A DNA stretch of 41,608 nucleotides from an uncultured Gammaproteobacteria bacterium (GCA_964596475.1 CAZQTS010000002.1:1-41608), one strand, 5' to 3'. Shown: positions 33,709-41,585, numbered from the stretch's first letter. The notes: generated from the letters alone by a model not told the origin. Numbers and translations: made by a program.

Positions 33709-34610
33709 GTATGCGCGAGCCCTACTACACACCAATGCTGCGCATGATCGTCCAGGGCGCCACCGGCACTGAAGGACGGCGCGCCGTCGAGTTCATGAAA
33801 TCATACGGAACCAATGTGGTGGCCGGCGTCACCCCGGGCAAGGGCGGACAGGAAGTCTCCGGCGTACCCATATTCAATTCAATCGCAGAGGTCATTTCGG
33901 AGATTGGCACTATCGACGGCACCTCGCTCTACGTTCCGCCAGCAGCCAATAAAGCAGCTGTGACTGAAGCAGTGAACAACGGAATCACGTTCGTGCATAT
34001 TCTCACCGAAGGCACTCCCCGCAAGGACTTAGCGTACCTCGTGACGCTTTGTAAGCAAAAGGGTGTCCTCCTCCTTGGCCCAGGTTCACTCGGCATTATC
34101 GTAACCGATATCAACCGTATAGGCATGATTGGCGGACCGAACCCGAAAGAAACGTACACAAAAGGCACCATCAGCGTGATCTCGCGGTCCGGCGGTATGG
34201 CAAATGAAATCGTCCACTTTTTAGCCCAGCACGAGCACGGCGTCCGTGCAGTGGTGCACCTGGGTGCAGAAAAAAGCACTGGCGTTTCTCTCACCGAGCA
34301 ACTCACCACATTCCTCAATGATTCGGAAACAGAGACTATTGTGATTTTTGAGGAAATCATGCATCATGACCTTACTGCATTGTATAATTTCGCACAGCAC
34401 CAATCCGTGTCAAAACCCATTTTTCTCATTGTGGCCGGCACATCGTTTACCCGCGTCCCTGCGGATCGACCGTTCGGTCATTTTGAAAACCTTTTGAACA
34501 ACAGCAGCAATCACTTTTTCAAATCATTCGAAGATTTGCATCAGCTGTTTCAAAAACGCGGCATCACCGTGCTCAACCATTACGATGCATTGCGGCAGCA
34601 ATTTCAATAG
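33705..34610 (+). CDS. SucD/AclA-N/CcsB-like CoA-binding alpha subunit with an atypical phosphohistidine loop
   Basis: 301 aa. 'VQGATGTEGR', 'GVTPGKGG', 'GPGSLGI' and 'VISRSGGMANE' are SucD-like. The expected 'GHAGA' loop reads 'FGHFEN'. It has a 4-nt overlap with the upstream gene. Confidence 0.65.
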   Translation: MSMREPYYTPMLRMIVQGATGTEGRRAVEFMKSYGTNVVAGVTPGKGGQEVSGVPIFNSIAEVISEIGTIDGTSLYVPPAANKAAVTEAVNNGITFVHILTEGTPRKDLAYLVTLCKQKGVLLLGPGSLGIIVTDINRIGMIGGPNPKETYTKGTISVISRSGGMANEIVHFLAQHEHGVRAVVHLGAEKSTGVSLTEQLTTFLNDSETETIVIFEEIMHHDLTALYNFAQHQSVSKPIFLIVAGTSFTRVPADRPFGHFENLLNNSSNHFFKSFEDLHQLFQKRGITVLNHYDALRQQFQ

Positions 34611-34615
34611 GGGCG

Positions 34616-35326
34616 ATGGACTGGGAAACTTCAATTAGTCACCTTGATGAAGACGGCAACTTAGACGTGCGCGGTGTGCCGCTATCAAAGCTTTCGCAGC
34701 AGAGCTTTGTGGCAAACCTCTACTTTATCCTCACCGGCCTTACAGCGAACCGAAACGTAGAGAAGCTTCTCAACGTCCTCTTAACATTGAGCATTGATCA
34801 CGGCATTGGTCCTGTTTCAACCATGAACGCCCGTATCGCGGCATCAGCTGACGTTCCGCTCCCCCAGGCGCTCATCGCTGCGCTTTCGACATTCGGTCAT
34901 GCGCATGGAGCTGCAACCGAAGATGCTGCCCATTGGCTCAAGACGCATGCTGACGCCAGTCAATCAGCAAAGGAAGCTGTTCGCGATGCGCTTCTTCGAG
35001 GGAAAATTCCGGGTTTTGGTCACGCAGTTTTGAAAAAAGACCATCGAGCCGATCTACTCATAAACACTGCCCGAAAATTAAAACTTTCCGGTAAGCACTG
35101 CGCGTATGCCCTCGACACCGCGCGCGAACTTGAGTCACAGAAGGGCAAGACAATTCCACTCAACATAGACGGAGCAATCGCTGCCGTTGCGCTTGATCTT
35201 GGTATCGGTGCTGATGTGACCAGTGGATTATTCCTCATTGGCAGGCTACCCGGTCTGCTTGCGCACATTAGCGAAGAAAAGAGTCAAAAAAACGGCCTGC
35301 GGCGACTGCCGGTCGATACCACCTAA
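34616..35326 (+). CDS. Short citrate-synthase-superfamily protein (citryl-CoA-lyase / ACL C-terminal-module-like)
   Basis: 236 aa. 'LTLSIDHGIGPVST' can be compared with ACLY 'LTADHGPAVSG' and CS 'HADHE'. 'GFGHAVLKKDHRAD' matches the citrate synthase signature G-[FY]-G-H-x-[IV]-x-[RK]-x2-D-P-R. 'GRLPGLLAHISEE' can be compared with 'R..GW.AH..E'. Confidence 0.65.
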   Translation: MDWETSISHLDEDGNLDVRGVPLSKLSQQSFVANLYFILTGLTANRNVEKLLNVLLTLSIDHGIGPVSTMNARIAASADVPLPQALIAALSTFGHAHGAATEDAAHWLKTHADASQSAKEAVRDALLRGKIPGFGHAVLKKDHRADLLINTARKLKLSGKHCAYALDTARELESQKGKTIPLNIDGAIAAVALDLGIGADVTSGLFLIGRLPGLLAHISEEKSQKNGLRRLPVDTT

Positions 35327-35332
35327 GAACAG

Positions 35333-36091
35333 CTAAGGCAGAATGCGCACCGGAATGCCTGCCTGCCGCATGCGCTGCTTGATGCTGTTCGAAGTATGTC
35401 CTGAATAATGGAACATGCTGGCCAGTGCAACAGCGCTTGCGCCTGCGTGCACCGCGTCTAGTACATCCTGGACTTTGCCAGCGCCTCCGCAGGCGATAAC
35501 CGGTATTGAAACCGCCGAGGTTACTTTCTGGATCAATGCCACATCAAATCCGGTCATGGTGCCATCGCGATCAATCGAGGTAAGCAATAGTTCTCCCGCT
35601 CCTCTCTGTTCCGCTTCCCGAGCCCAGGCGACGGCCGTCATTCCCGTATTTTCTTTAGCGCGGCGAGTGAACACACGGTATTCGCCGTCTAAAAACTTCG
35701 CATCGATAGAAACAACTACACACTGATCTCCAAACGTGCGCGAAACCTGATTAATAAAATCAGGATTCTTGATCGCTTCGCTCTGAAGAGAAACTTTATC
35801 CGCTCCTATACTTAACAGCCTAGAGACCTGATCCACCGTGTGGATACCGCCGCCGATCGTAAGTGGCATAAAACATTCTGGCACGATCTCACGTATGACA
35901 TCGTAGAGCGGTTCTCGCCCCTCCTCGCTGGCCAAAATATCAATAAAAATCAATTCGTCGACGTTTCTCGCATTATAGACCTTTGCCGTTTGTATCGGGT
36001 TGCCGAGATTGCGTAATTGGCCAAATTGAATGGTCTTGACCAGGCTCATGCCAGAAAAAAGCATGCACGGAATCAGGCGCGTCTTAAGCAT
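35333..36091 (-). CDS. HisF-like cyclase subunit, glycan amidation-associated (WbuZ/HisF2-type)
   Basis: 252 aa. 'RLIPCMLFSGMSLVKTIQF', 'DELIFIDI' and 'GAGELLLTSIDRDGTMTGFD'. It is clustered with HisH-like and N-acetyl-sugar amidotransferase genes, not with his biosynthesis genes. Confidence 0.75.
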   Translation of the reverse strand: MLKTRLIPCMLFSGMSLVKTIQFGQLRNLGNPIQTAKVYNARNVDELIFIDILASEEGREPLYDVIREIVPECFMPLTIGGGIHTVDQVSRLLSIGADKVSLQSEAIKNPDFINQVSRTFGDQCVVVSIDAKFLDGEYRVFTRRAKENTGMTAVAWAREAEQRGAGELLLTSIDRDGTMTGFDVALIQKVTSAVSIPVIACGGAGKVQDVLDAVHAGASAVALASMFHYSGHTSNSIKQRMRQAGIPVRILP

Positions 36092-36686
36092 AGGTCAAAA
36101 AGTTTTTTATCACTTGTATGCCCAAGAGCTGACTCTTTTCGGGGTGGAATTGAGTTCCGAAAATGTTTTCTTTGTGAATGGTTGCGACGAAACGCTCACC
36201 ATAGGTGCAGGTTGAAGTGACCACACCTGGCTCGTCGCACTGGAGATGATAACTGTGCACAAAGTACGCGTTGAGGTCAGGAAGGTCTTTCAGGAGCACA
36301 TCATCTTGAGCAATAGTGATGTCATTCCACCCTATATGCGGTAGGCGTTGCGTCTGTGCCAGCTTCTGTACCCTTCCCTTGATCCAACCCAAACCCTCGT
36401 GAACACCATACTCATGCCCGACCTCTGCCAAGAGTTGCATGCCCAGGCAGATACCCAAGAAGGGCAGCTTTTCCTTGAGTACCTTCGTCTGAAGCATAGG
36501 GATAAGACCGAAGTCCTTCAAACGCTGCATCCCTGCACCGAATGCGCCCACCCCGGGCAACACGATATGGGTCGCCTGCGCAAATACCGCAGGGTCTCTT
36601 GAGACTGCAACCGCGACGCCGAGTTTTCGAAACACCTTCTCTGCAGATGCAACGTTCCCCATTGCGTAGTCAACAACGACAACCAT
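36084..36686 (-). CDS. HisH-like glutamine amidotransferase subunit (WbuY/HisH2-type)
   Basis: 200 aa. 'VVVVDYAMGNVASAEKVF', 'LPGVGAFG', 'GICLGMQLL' (catalytic Cys), 'HIGWN' and 'YFVHSY'. It has an 8-nt overlap with the HisF-like gene. Confidence 0.8.
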   Translation of the reverse strand: MVVVVDYAMGNVASAEKVFRKLGVAVAVSRDPAVFAQATHIVLPGVGAFGAGMQRLKDFGLIPMLQTKVLKEKLPFLGICLGMQLLAEVGHEYGVHEGLGWIKGRVQKLAQTQRLPHIGWNDITIAQDDVLLKDLPDLNAYFVHSYHLQCDEPGVVTSTCTYGERFVATIHKENIFGTQFHPEKSQLLGIQVIKNFLTYA

Positions 36687-36688
36687 GG

Positions 36689-37837
36689 TTACTCGTTATC
36701 GTACTGTACCTTGATTAAATTTCCCGCATCATCACGAATAAAATTGCCGGATGAATCCCGCTGAAAAATCAACGTATTCGTAAAGCGATCAAAAACAGCG
36801 TCCACCTCATCCTTGCGCAAGCCGCTGTACTCAATAAATTTTTGTACCCCATAGTGAGGATACTTACCGTCATATTTTCGTACTAACGTAAGTCCCCCGT
36901 CGCGGGAAATCCGCCCATTGCGAATGTCGAGACATGCATGATCGGTCGCGCGTCCAAATCCATATTTGAGAAACTTCAAATAGTCGTGCACACTGACGGT
37001 TGCTTCATCGAGATTCTCATAGTTGGTATAGGTTCCCTCAACCGGTCCGTCGGTTTTGACGTTAAAACCGTGCTGCAGAATGATACGCACCTGCTTTCGC
37101 GCATCCCACTGAAAGTAGTATCCGAGAAAAATACCTCGCACACCGACGCGCTTTAACTCTTCGTCCCTTGGATAGGTATAGGCGAGCAAATCTTCTTTTG
37201 AAATCCCTTCGATCGTCAGCATATCTTCCACGCGATTGCCCAAGAGTCCGCCGAATTCCTCCAACCAGCGTCGATCAAGTATTTCTCTGTCGGCAGCCGT
37301 GCGGGGCCCGCCGTATTCCATCTGGGAATTTTCTCCCCAAATAATGAGCGGCACCTGATAGTTGACGGCGACGCGGACCGGAACAGTAAAAATGCCCACA
37401 TGATTAGGCCATTCATTATCGCCGACCCGTCGGAATCCCTCTATCACCATTTTTTTATAGACCTGCGGATTTTTTTTAAAATAGATAAGGTCAACACCGA
37501 GATTGTTGAGGTTTTGAAGATTGTGCCTGCCGAGCTCGGTCTGGTACGTAGGCTCAAAACACACGCACAAGGGGTTCAATCCGTACACTTTTTTGATGAG
37601 ATAAGTCTGGTACGTGCTGTCCTTACCGCCGCTCACCGGAATGATGCAATCATAGTTCTGCTTATCTTTTGAGCGATAGGTCAGAGTGAGCCGCTCGAAT
37701 TCCTTCTTTCTCTTGCCCCAGTCAATCACCAGTTTTCGTTCCGAGGACCGGCACGCATCACAGATACCGTCTGCGTCAAAAAAAAGATCTGGTTTTGTGC
37801 TCGGCATGACGCATTTCTTACAGTAGGTTAACTTCAT
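36689..37837 (-). CDS. N-acetyl sugar amidotransferase (WbuX/WbpG/PseA family, PP-loop ATP pyrophosphatase)
   Basis: 382 aa. It has the Cys-rich N-terminus 'YCKKCVMPSTKPDLFFDADGICDACR' and the PP-loop 'IIPVSGGKDSTYQ'. Confidence 0.8.
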   Translation of the reverse strand: MKLTYCKKCVMPSTKPDLFFDADGICDACRSSERKLVIDWGKRKKEFERLTLTYRSKDKQNYDCIIPVSGGKDSTYQTYLIKKVYGLNPLCVCFEPTYQTELGRHNLQNLNNLGVDLIYFKKNPQVYKKMVIEGFRRVGDNEWPNHVGIFTVPVRVAVNYQVPLIIWGENSQMEYGGPRTAADREILDRRWLEEFGGLLGNRVEDMLTIEGISKEDLLAYTYPRDEELKRVGVRGIFLGYYFQWDARKQVRIILQHGFNVKTDGPVEGTYTNYENLDEATVSVHDYLKFLKYGFGRATDHACLDIRNGRISRDGGLTLVRKYDGKYPHYGVQKFIEYSGLRKDEVDAVFDRFTNTLIFQRDSSGNFIRDDAGNLIKVQYDNE

Positions 37838-37848
37838 ACCATGCTCGG

Positions 37849-38580
37849 TTACGTTGTTTTTTGCGCTACACCGGCGTTTATCTGCACCAGTTCCGGGTGC
37901 TCATGCAGATACCCAATAACGTCTCGAACGTCAATGAGCCCCTCTCTTTTGTCAAACTTCTCGTACAACATTTTCAATAAATCATAATCCGCCTGCTCGT
38001 CAAGCGTAAGACGCATCTCTCCTTGGTATGCCGGAGGCGTCGGATAGGCGAGGGTCTTTCCTTTTTTTATGATGTAGGGCGTCACATGTTCTTTTTCTTC
38101 TGCACCCATTGCGTTCTGGTAAGCGTCCGTGAGCGCAGCAAATGAAAAAACCTCACAGTCGAGCCCTCGGGGGAAATTTCTCTCTAAGCAATTGCTGACA
38201 TACGCTACCTCTCTTGCGCGAAACAGCCGGATCGATTCGTCAATAATGAATGGATCGATCAACGGACAGTCTGCAGTCACTCGCACAATCACATCAAGCT
38301 TGTAGCGCAGCGCGCACTGATAGTACCGATCGAGCACATTCAGTACATTTCCCCGAAAAACTTCTATCCCCTGTCGCACACAAAGAGCGTGCACCGCATC
38401 ATCAAGAGAATCAGTCGAGGTGGCAACCACTACCATATGAGACTCAACGCTCGCGAAGCATCGCTCAACCACCCGCATCAGCACCGGCTTGCCTGCTAAA
38501 TCGAGCATGATCTTCCCGGGCAGCCGAGTAGAACCCATGCGCGCTTGGATGATTATTCCTGTTTTTCCGTTAGGGTTCAT
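37849..38580 (-). CDS. SpsF/PseF-like cytidylyltransferase-family protein (CTP_transf_3)
   Basis: 'GIIIQARMGSTRLPGKIMLDLAGKPVLMRVVERC' resembles the B. subtilis SpsF N-terminus. The start is set at ATG 38580 ('MNPNGKTG'), leaving a 7-nt gap to the upstream gene. The ORF-track start is 38610. Confidence 0.7.
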   Translation of the reverse strand: MNPNGKTGIIIQARMGSTRLPGKIMLDLAGKPVLMRVVERCFASVESHMVVVATSTDSLDDAVHALCVRQGIEVFRGNVLNVLDRYYQCALRYKLDVIVRVTADCPLIDPFIIDESIRLFRAREVAYVSNCLERNFPRGLDCEVFSFAALTDAYQNAMGAEEKEHVTPYIIKKGKTLAYPTPPAYQGEMRLTLDEQADYDLLKMLYEKFDKREGLIDVRDVIGYLHEHPELVQINAGVAQKTT

Positions 38581-39208
38581 TTTTTTGCAGTAAAAACATC
38601 GCATCTTCATTATTCTCTTTCAGGTACTTATAGCGTACCTCCCTCACCAGCGTTAGATCCGGGAACAGGTCCAGATAGATCTGCGAAAAATTGGCCTTCC
38701 AGAGTCGATCCGCATGTCCGCGGTACGGAATGGTCACAGAGGCCTCGGAGAAGTACTCAAAACCCCATATATATTTCCTTGACGTACGATGAATCTCCCG
38801 CATCGCGTCCTTAACGGTATCAGGACTTATGTGGATGAGAACGCCAGAGGTGAATACGAGGTCAAAAGACGCATCGGTCGCCGGTATAGCAAAGGCACTG
38901 CCCCTACTCATGGTGATACCAGGCGCTGCTTTCTTGGAAAGCGCTATCGCATCTTCATTTATCTCAATGCCATGTAAATCCGTATATCCCATGGTCTGCA
39001 AGACAAGTAACTGTGCGCCCATATTTGCGCCGACCTCGAGAATACTCTTGATGCGAAGCCCAGAAAGAAACTCTTTATTCATATCAGTCCGCGATATCCC
39101 GTATTTCTTGACGTAGAGCGCATCAAGATCGGCTGGTAAAAAGAAATTACGCTGCGTGTACTCGCTCCCGAAAGCTGACTGCCAAAATTTTTCCTGTGGT
39201 GTGGTCAT
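38570..39208 (-). CDS. Class I SAM-dependent methyltransferase, pseudaminic-acid-biosynthesis-associated methylase-like
   Basis: 212 aa. 'FWQSAFGSEYTQRN' N-terminus, 'ILEVGANMGAQL' (motif I) and 'FDLVFTSGVLIHI'. It sits between the PseH-like and cytidylyltransferase-like genes. Confidence 0.65.
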   Translation of the reverse strand: MTTPQEKFWQSAFGSEYTQRNFFLPADLDALYVKKYGISRTDMNKEFLSGLRIKSILEVGANMGAQLLVLQTMGYTDLHGIEINEDAIALSKKAAPGITMSRGSAFAIPATDASFDLVFTSGVLIHISPDTVKDAMREIHRTSRKYIWGFEYFSEASVTIPYRGHADRLWKANFSQIYLDLFPDLTLVREVRYKYLKENNEDAMFLLQKNEP

Positions 39209-39708
39209 AGTGTTTTGATTCGCGTCTCTTCAAAAATGAGATGCACGACGCCATCGCTTCTGTTCATCTCTACGAATCCGGCTTTCTTGAATGCTTTCAG
39301 TGATGCTTCGTTCTTTTCCTTGATGCGTGCCAAGATCCGTTTCAAAAAAGGTTTTTGTCTTAGAAATGAGCGGCAGCTGTACTCGATGGCGCTGGTGCCA
39401 TAGCCATAACCGCGAAACTCTTGCGCGATGGTAATATTGATTTCAGCATCATCCCCCTGGACATCAAAACGTACCGTTCCGATTGGCTGTCGGCTCTCAT
39501 TTAAAATGATAAAGGCGCGGCTTTTCGGGTCCTTGATAATTCTCTGCAGCCATCGCCGGTGTTCATCCACGCTGATCACTTCCTGATTCCATGAGTTTTG
39601 CCGCACGACAGGATCATTCCGCCACGCAAGCAGCAAGTCCGCATGATCCATGGTGACCGGGATAAGGGCACGCACCGCTCGGGATTGGTCGTGGAGATGA
39701 TCCGTCAT
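39205..39708 (-). CDS. pseH: GNAT N-acetyltransferase, PseH-like (UDP-4-amino-4,6-dideoxy-AltNAc N-acetyltransferase family)
   Basis: 'LLLAWRNDPVVRQNSWNQEVISVDEHRRWL' and 'IAQEFRGYGYGT'. The start is set at ATG 39708, which forms a TAATG stop/start overlap with pseI. The ORF-track start is 39759. Confidence 0.7.
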   Translation of the reverse strand: MTDHLHDQSRAVRALIPVTMDHADLLLAWRNDPVVRQNSWNQEVISVDEHRRWLQRIIKDPKSRAFIILNESRQPIGTVRFDVQGDDAEINITIAQEFRGYGYGTSAIEYSCRSFLRQKPFLKRILARIKEKNEASLKAFKKAGFVEMNRSDGVVHLIFEETRIKTL

Positions 39709-40802
39709 TATCTCGCTCCTTTTTCTTGTACCAGTTTCCATGAAAGAGGGGTACCGCACTCTATATCCAATCGTGCATGCTTTCCAAGCAATTCTTCGTA
39801 GTGCTTTGGGGCAATGCCATCCGCCGGGCGAATAACCCGAATGTTCTTTTCGGTAAATGATTCTCCTCTGCGAATATTCTCTACTGCAAAAATCGAGCGG
39901 CGGAATCGGAGGTTATATGCTTCAGCTTCGTTGACGGGGCCATAGTGCGGCATGCCCACGGCCTTCTCATTGCGACGAATGAGAGCAACCATCTCCTTCA
40001 TCTCAACGGGGTCAATCGAGAAACGCTTATCAAACGTCTCGTCATGGTGACTTTCCACCAAGTGCTTCTCAACAATAGCAGCGCCAACGGCCGCAGCAAG
40101 GATGGGAAACATAATGCCGCCGTTATTGTCAGAAAAGCCGCTGACGACATCAAATCGTTCGGCAAGATCCCGTATGGTACCTAAATTTGTATGTGCGGGA
40201 TCTGATTGATCTGCATAGGTATTGAGACAATGCAGCAACGCAATATCCCTTGCGCCCCCCTCGCGAAGCGCGCGCACCGATTCCGCGGTTTCTTCAAGAG
40301 AATTGAATCCAACCGACATGATGACCGGCTTTCCTATCTTTGCGACTTTCACGAGAAGCGGCAGGTGTGTCATTTCATAAGAAGCGATCTTATAGCATGG
40401 CAGCTTAAGCGTTTCTAAAAAGTCAACCGCGGTCTCATCAAACGGCGTGGAAAAAAATACCAAACCCAAACTTTCGGCTCGTTGTTGCAACTCTTCATGC
40501 CACTCCCATGGCGTATGCGCCTTCTGATACAGCTCATAAAGGGTATGCCCCTTCCATGCATCAGGGTTATCCTTGCCGCCGACCATAAACCACGATTTAC
40601 GGGAATTTATAGTTATTGTGTCAGCAGTATACGTCTGCAACTTGACGGCATCGCAACCAGCTGCTGCTGCAGCTTTCACAAGAGCAACCGCCTTTTCAAA
40701 GCTCTGGCTATGGTTGGCTGATAGCTCTGCTACGATAAAACAAGGCTGTCCATCGCCAATATTGCGCCGACCCCGTGGTGTTTGAATCGTGAACGTACGC
40801 AT
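39708..40802 (-). CDS. pseI: NeuB-family nonulosonic acid synthase, pseudaminic acid synthase-like
   Basis: 'GDGQPCFIVAELSANHSQSFEKAVALVKAAAAAGCDAVKLQTY' is the NeuB/PseI N-terminus, and a C-terminal SAF-like domain 'FAVENIRRGESFTEKNIRVIRP' is present. The start is set at ATG 40802 ('MRTFTIQ'). The 34-codon upstream extension in the ORF track overlaps the upstream gene. Confidence 0.8.
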   Translation of the reverse strand: MRTFTIQTPRGRRNIGDGQPCFIVAELSANHSQSFEKAVALVKAAAAAGCDAVKLQTYTADTITINSRKSWFMVGGKDNPDAWKGHTLYELYQKAHTPWEWHEELQQRAESLGLVFFSTPFDETAVDFLETLKLPCYKIASYEMTHLPLLVKVAKIGKPVIMSVGFNSLEETAESVRALREGGARDIALLHCLNTYADQSDPAHTNLGTIRDLAERFDVVSGFSDNNGGIMFPILAAAVGAAIVEKHLVESHHDETFDKRFSIDPVEMKEMVALIRRNEKAVGMPHYGPVNEAEAYNLRFRRSIFAVENIRRGESFTEKNIRVIRPADGIAPKHYEELLGKHARLDIECGTPLSWKLVQEKGAR

Positions 40803-40806
40803 AGGA

Positions 40807-41415
40807 TTACTGCAACTTATAGGTCCCTTCTTTGAGCTGGGATACGCCCTCCTGCTCTTTCTTAATTCGTTCCTGCATCTGTTTGCTCGCATAGGCGCGA
40901 TCAATCTCCTCCTTCCTCTCCGGCTCCCGCTCTACTAAAATTTCCTCCGCTGATCGAAGCTCAATATGCCCTTGGTTAAGCATGTGCTTGAGTTCGACAT
41001 CCATCTCAATCATCGCTTCAATGCGAGGGAGATGATATGTATTACTGACAATAAGGACGCGTTGAAAATCGTAATCATGGAGAATTTTTTTTAGCGACTG
41101 CAATTGTTGGAATGTATTGCCGGATTCGGTTTCGGTGATGATAGCATCAACCGGTACATCGCACGCAATAAGTTCTTTCTTGATAATGTCAGCGACTGCC
41201 GGTGCGTTTGGAACTTGAGCCAGCTGACCGCGTCCGCCGAGCGCTATTATTTTTTGAGACGTTTCTTCCTTGTAGAGCATTGCGCCCGCAATGACCCGAA
41301 GCCTGTCACCCAGCGCACCGTGCTCGTCGCCCTCGCTCAGCAAGGTAGTGCGCCACCGACCCTGGTCATCTTTTCTAACGCTCCCGCCGACAATAACGAT
41401 TGCCTTACGTGCCAT
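40807..41415 (-). CDS. YdcF/DUF218 (ElyC/SanA-superfamily) protein, soluble form
   Basis: 202 aa. 'AIVIVGGSV', 'IIALGGRG', 'IITETESGNTFQQL' and 'VLIVSNTYHLPR' follow the DUF218 pattern. It has no N-terminal TM segment. Confidence 0.6.
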   Translation of the reverse strand: MARKAIVIVGGSVRKDDQGRWRTTLLSEGDEHGALGDRLRVIAGAMLYKEETSQKIIALGGRGQLAQVPNAPAVADIIKKELIACDVPVDAIITETESGNTFQQLQSLKKILHDYDFQRVLIVSNTYHLPRIEAMIEMDVELKHMLNQGHIELRSAEEILVEREPERKEEIDRAYASKQMQERIKKEQEGVSQLKEGTYKLQ

Positions 41416-41444
41416 AACTATTTTTTTTTACGTAGCCCGTAATA

Positions 41445-41585
41445 CCGCGCAGCTTCACCCACGGGGTGACCGCCCTGTGGGCGGTGCTGCGCGGATGGAG
41501 GGCTTTGAAACAATCGTCGGCGGAGCCGACTCTTCTCGTAAAGAACCCGCCCTGATACCTCGCGGCTTGTCGCGAGGTCGGGTTC
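41445..41585. repeat. GC-rich nested-hairpin intergenic element (same general family as 5287-5463 and 28179-28230)
   Basis: An outer stem CCGCGCAGC (41445-41453) / GCTGCGCGG (41486-41494) encloses the hairpins CACCC-acg-GGGTG and ACCGCCC-tgt-GGGCGGT. GTCGGC-gga-GCCGAC spans 41516-41530. GAACCCG (41543-41549) / CGGGTTC (41579-41585) encloses ACCTCGCG-gcttgt-CGCGAGGT. Confidence 0.6.

Noticed and set aside
32563-34610. Simple annotation of the two CoA-ligase subunits as housekeeping succinyl-CoA synthetase (sucCD).
   Set aside because: I did not adopt this because of the ACL-type 'IANFT' segment, the degenerate phosphohistidine loop, the immediately following citrate-synthase-like ORF and the glycan-operon context. 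It remains the null hypothesis, to be tested by phylogeny.
35333-36686. HisF and HisH as histidine biosynthesis genes.
   Set aside because: No other his genes are nearby. They are translationally coupled to a WbuX/WbpG-type N-acetyl-sugar amidotransferase inside a sugar-modification operon, which matches the known glycan-amidation paralogues (WbuY/WbuZ, HisH2/HisF2).
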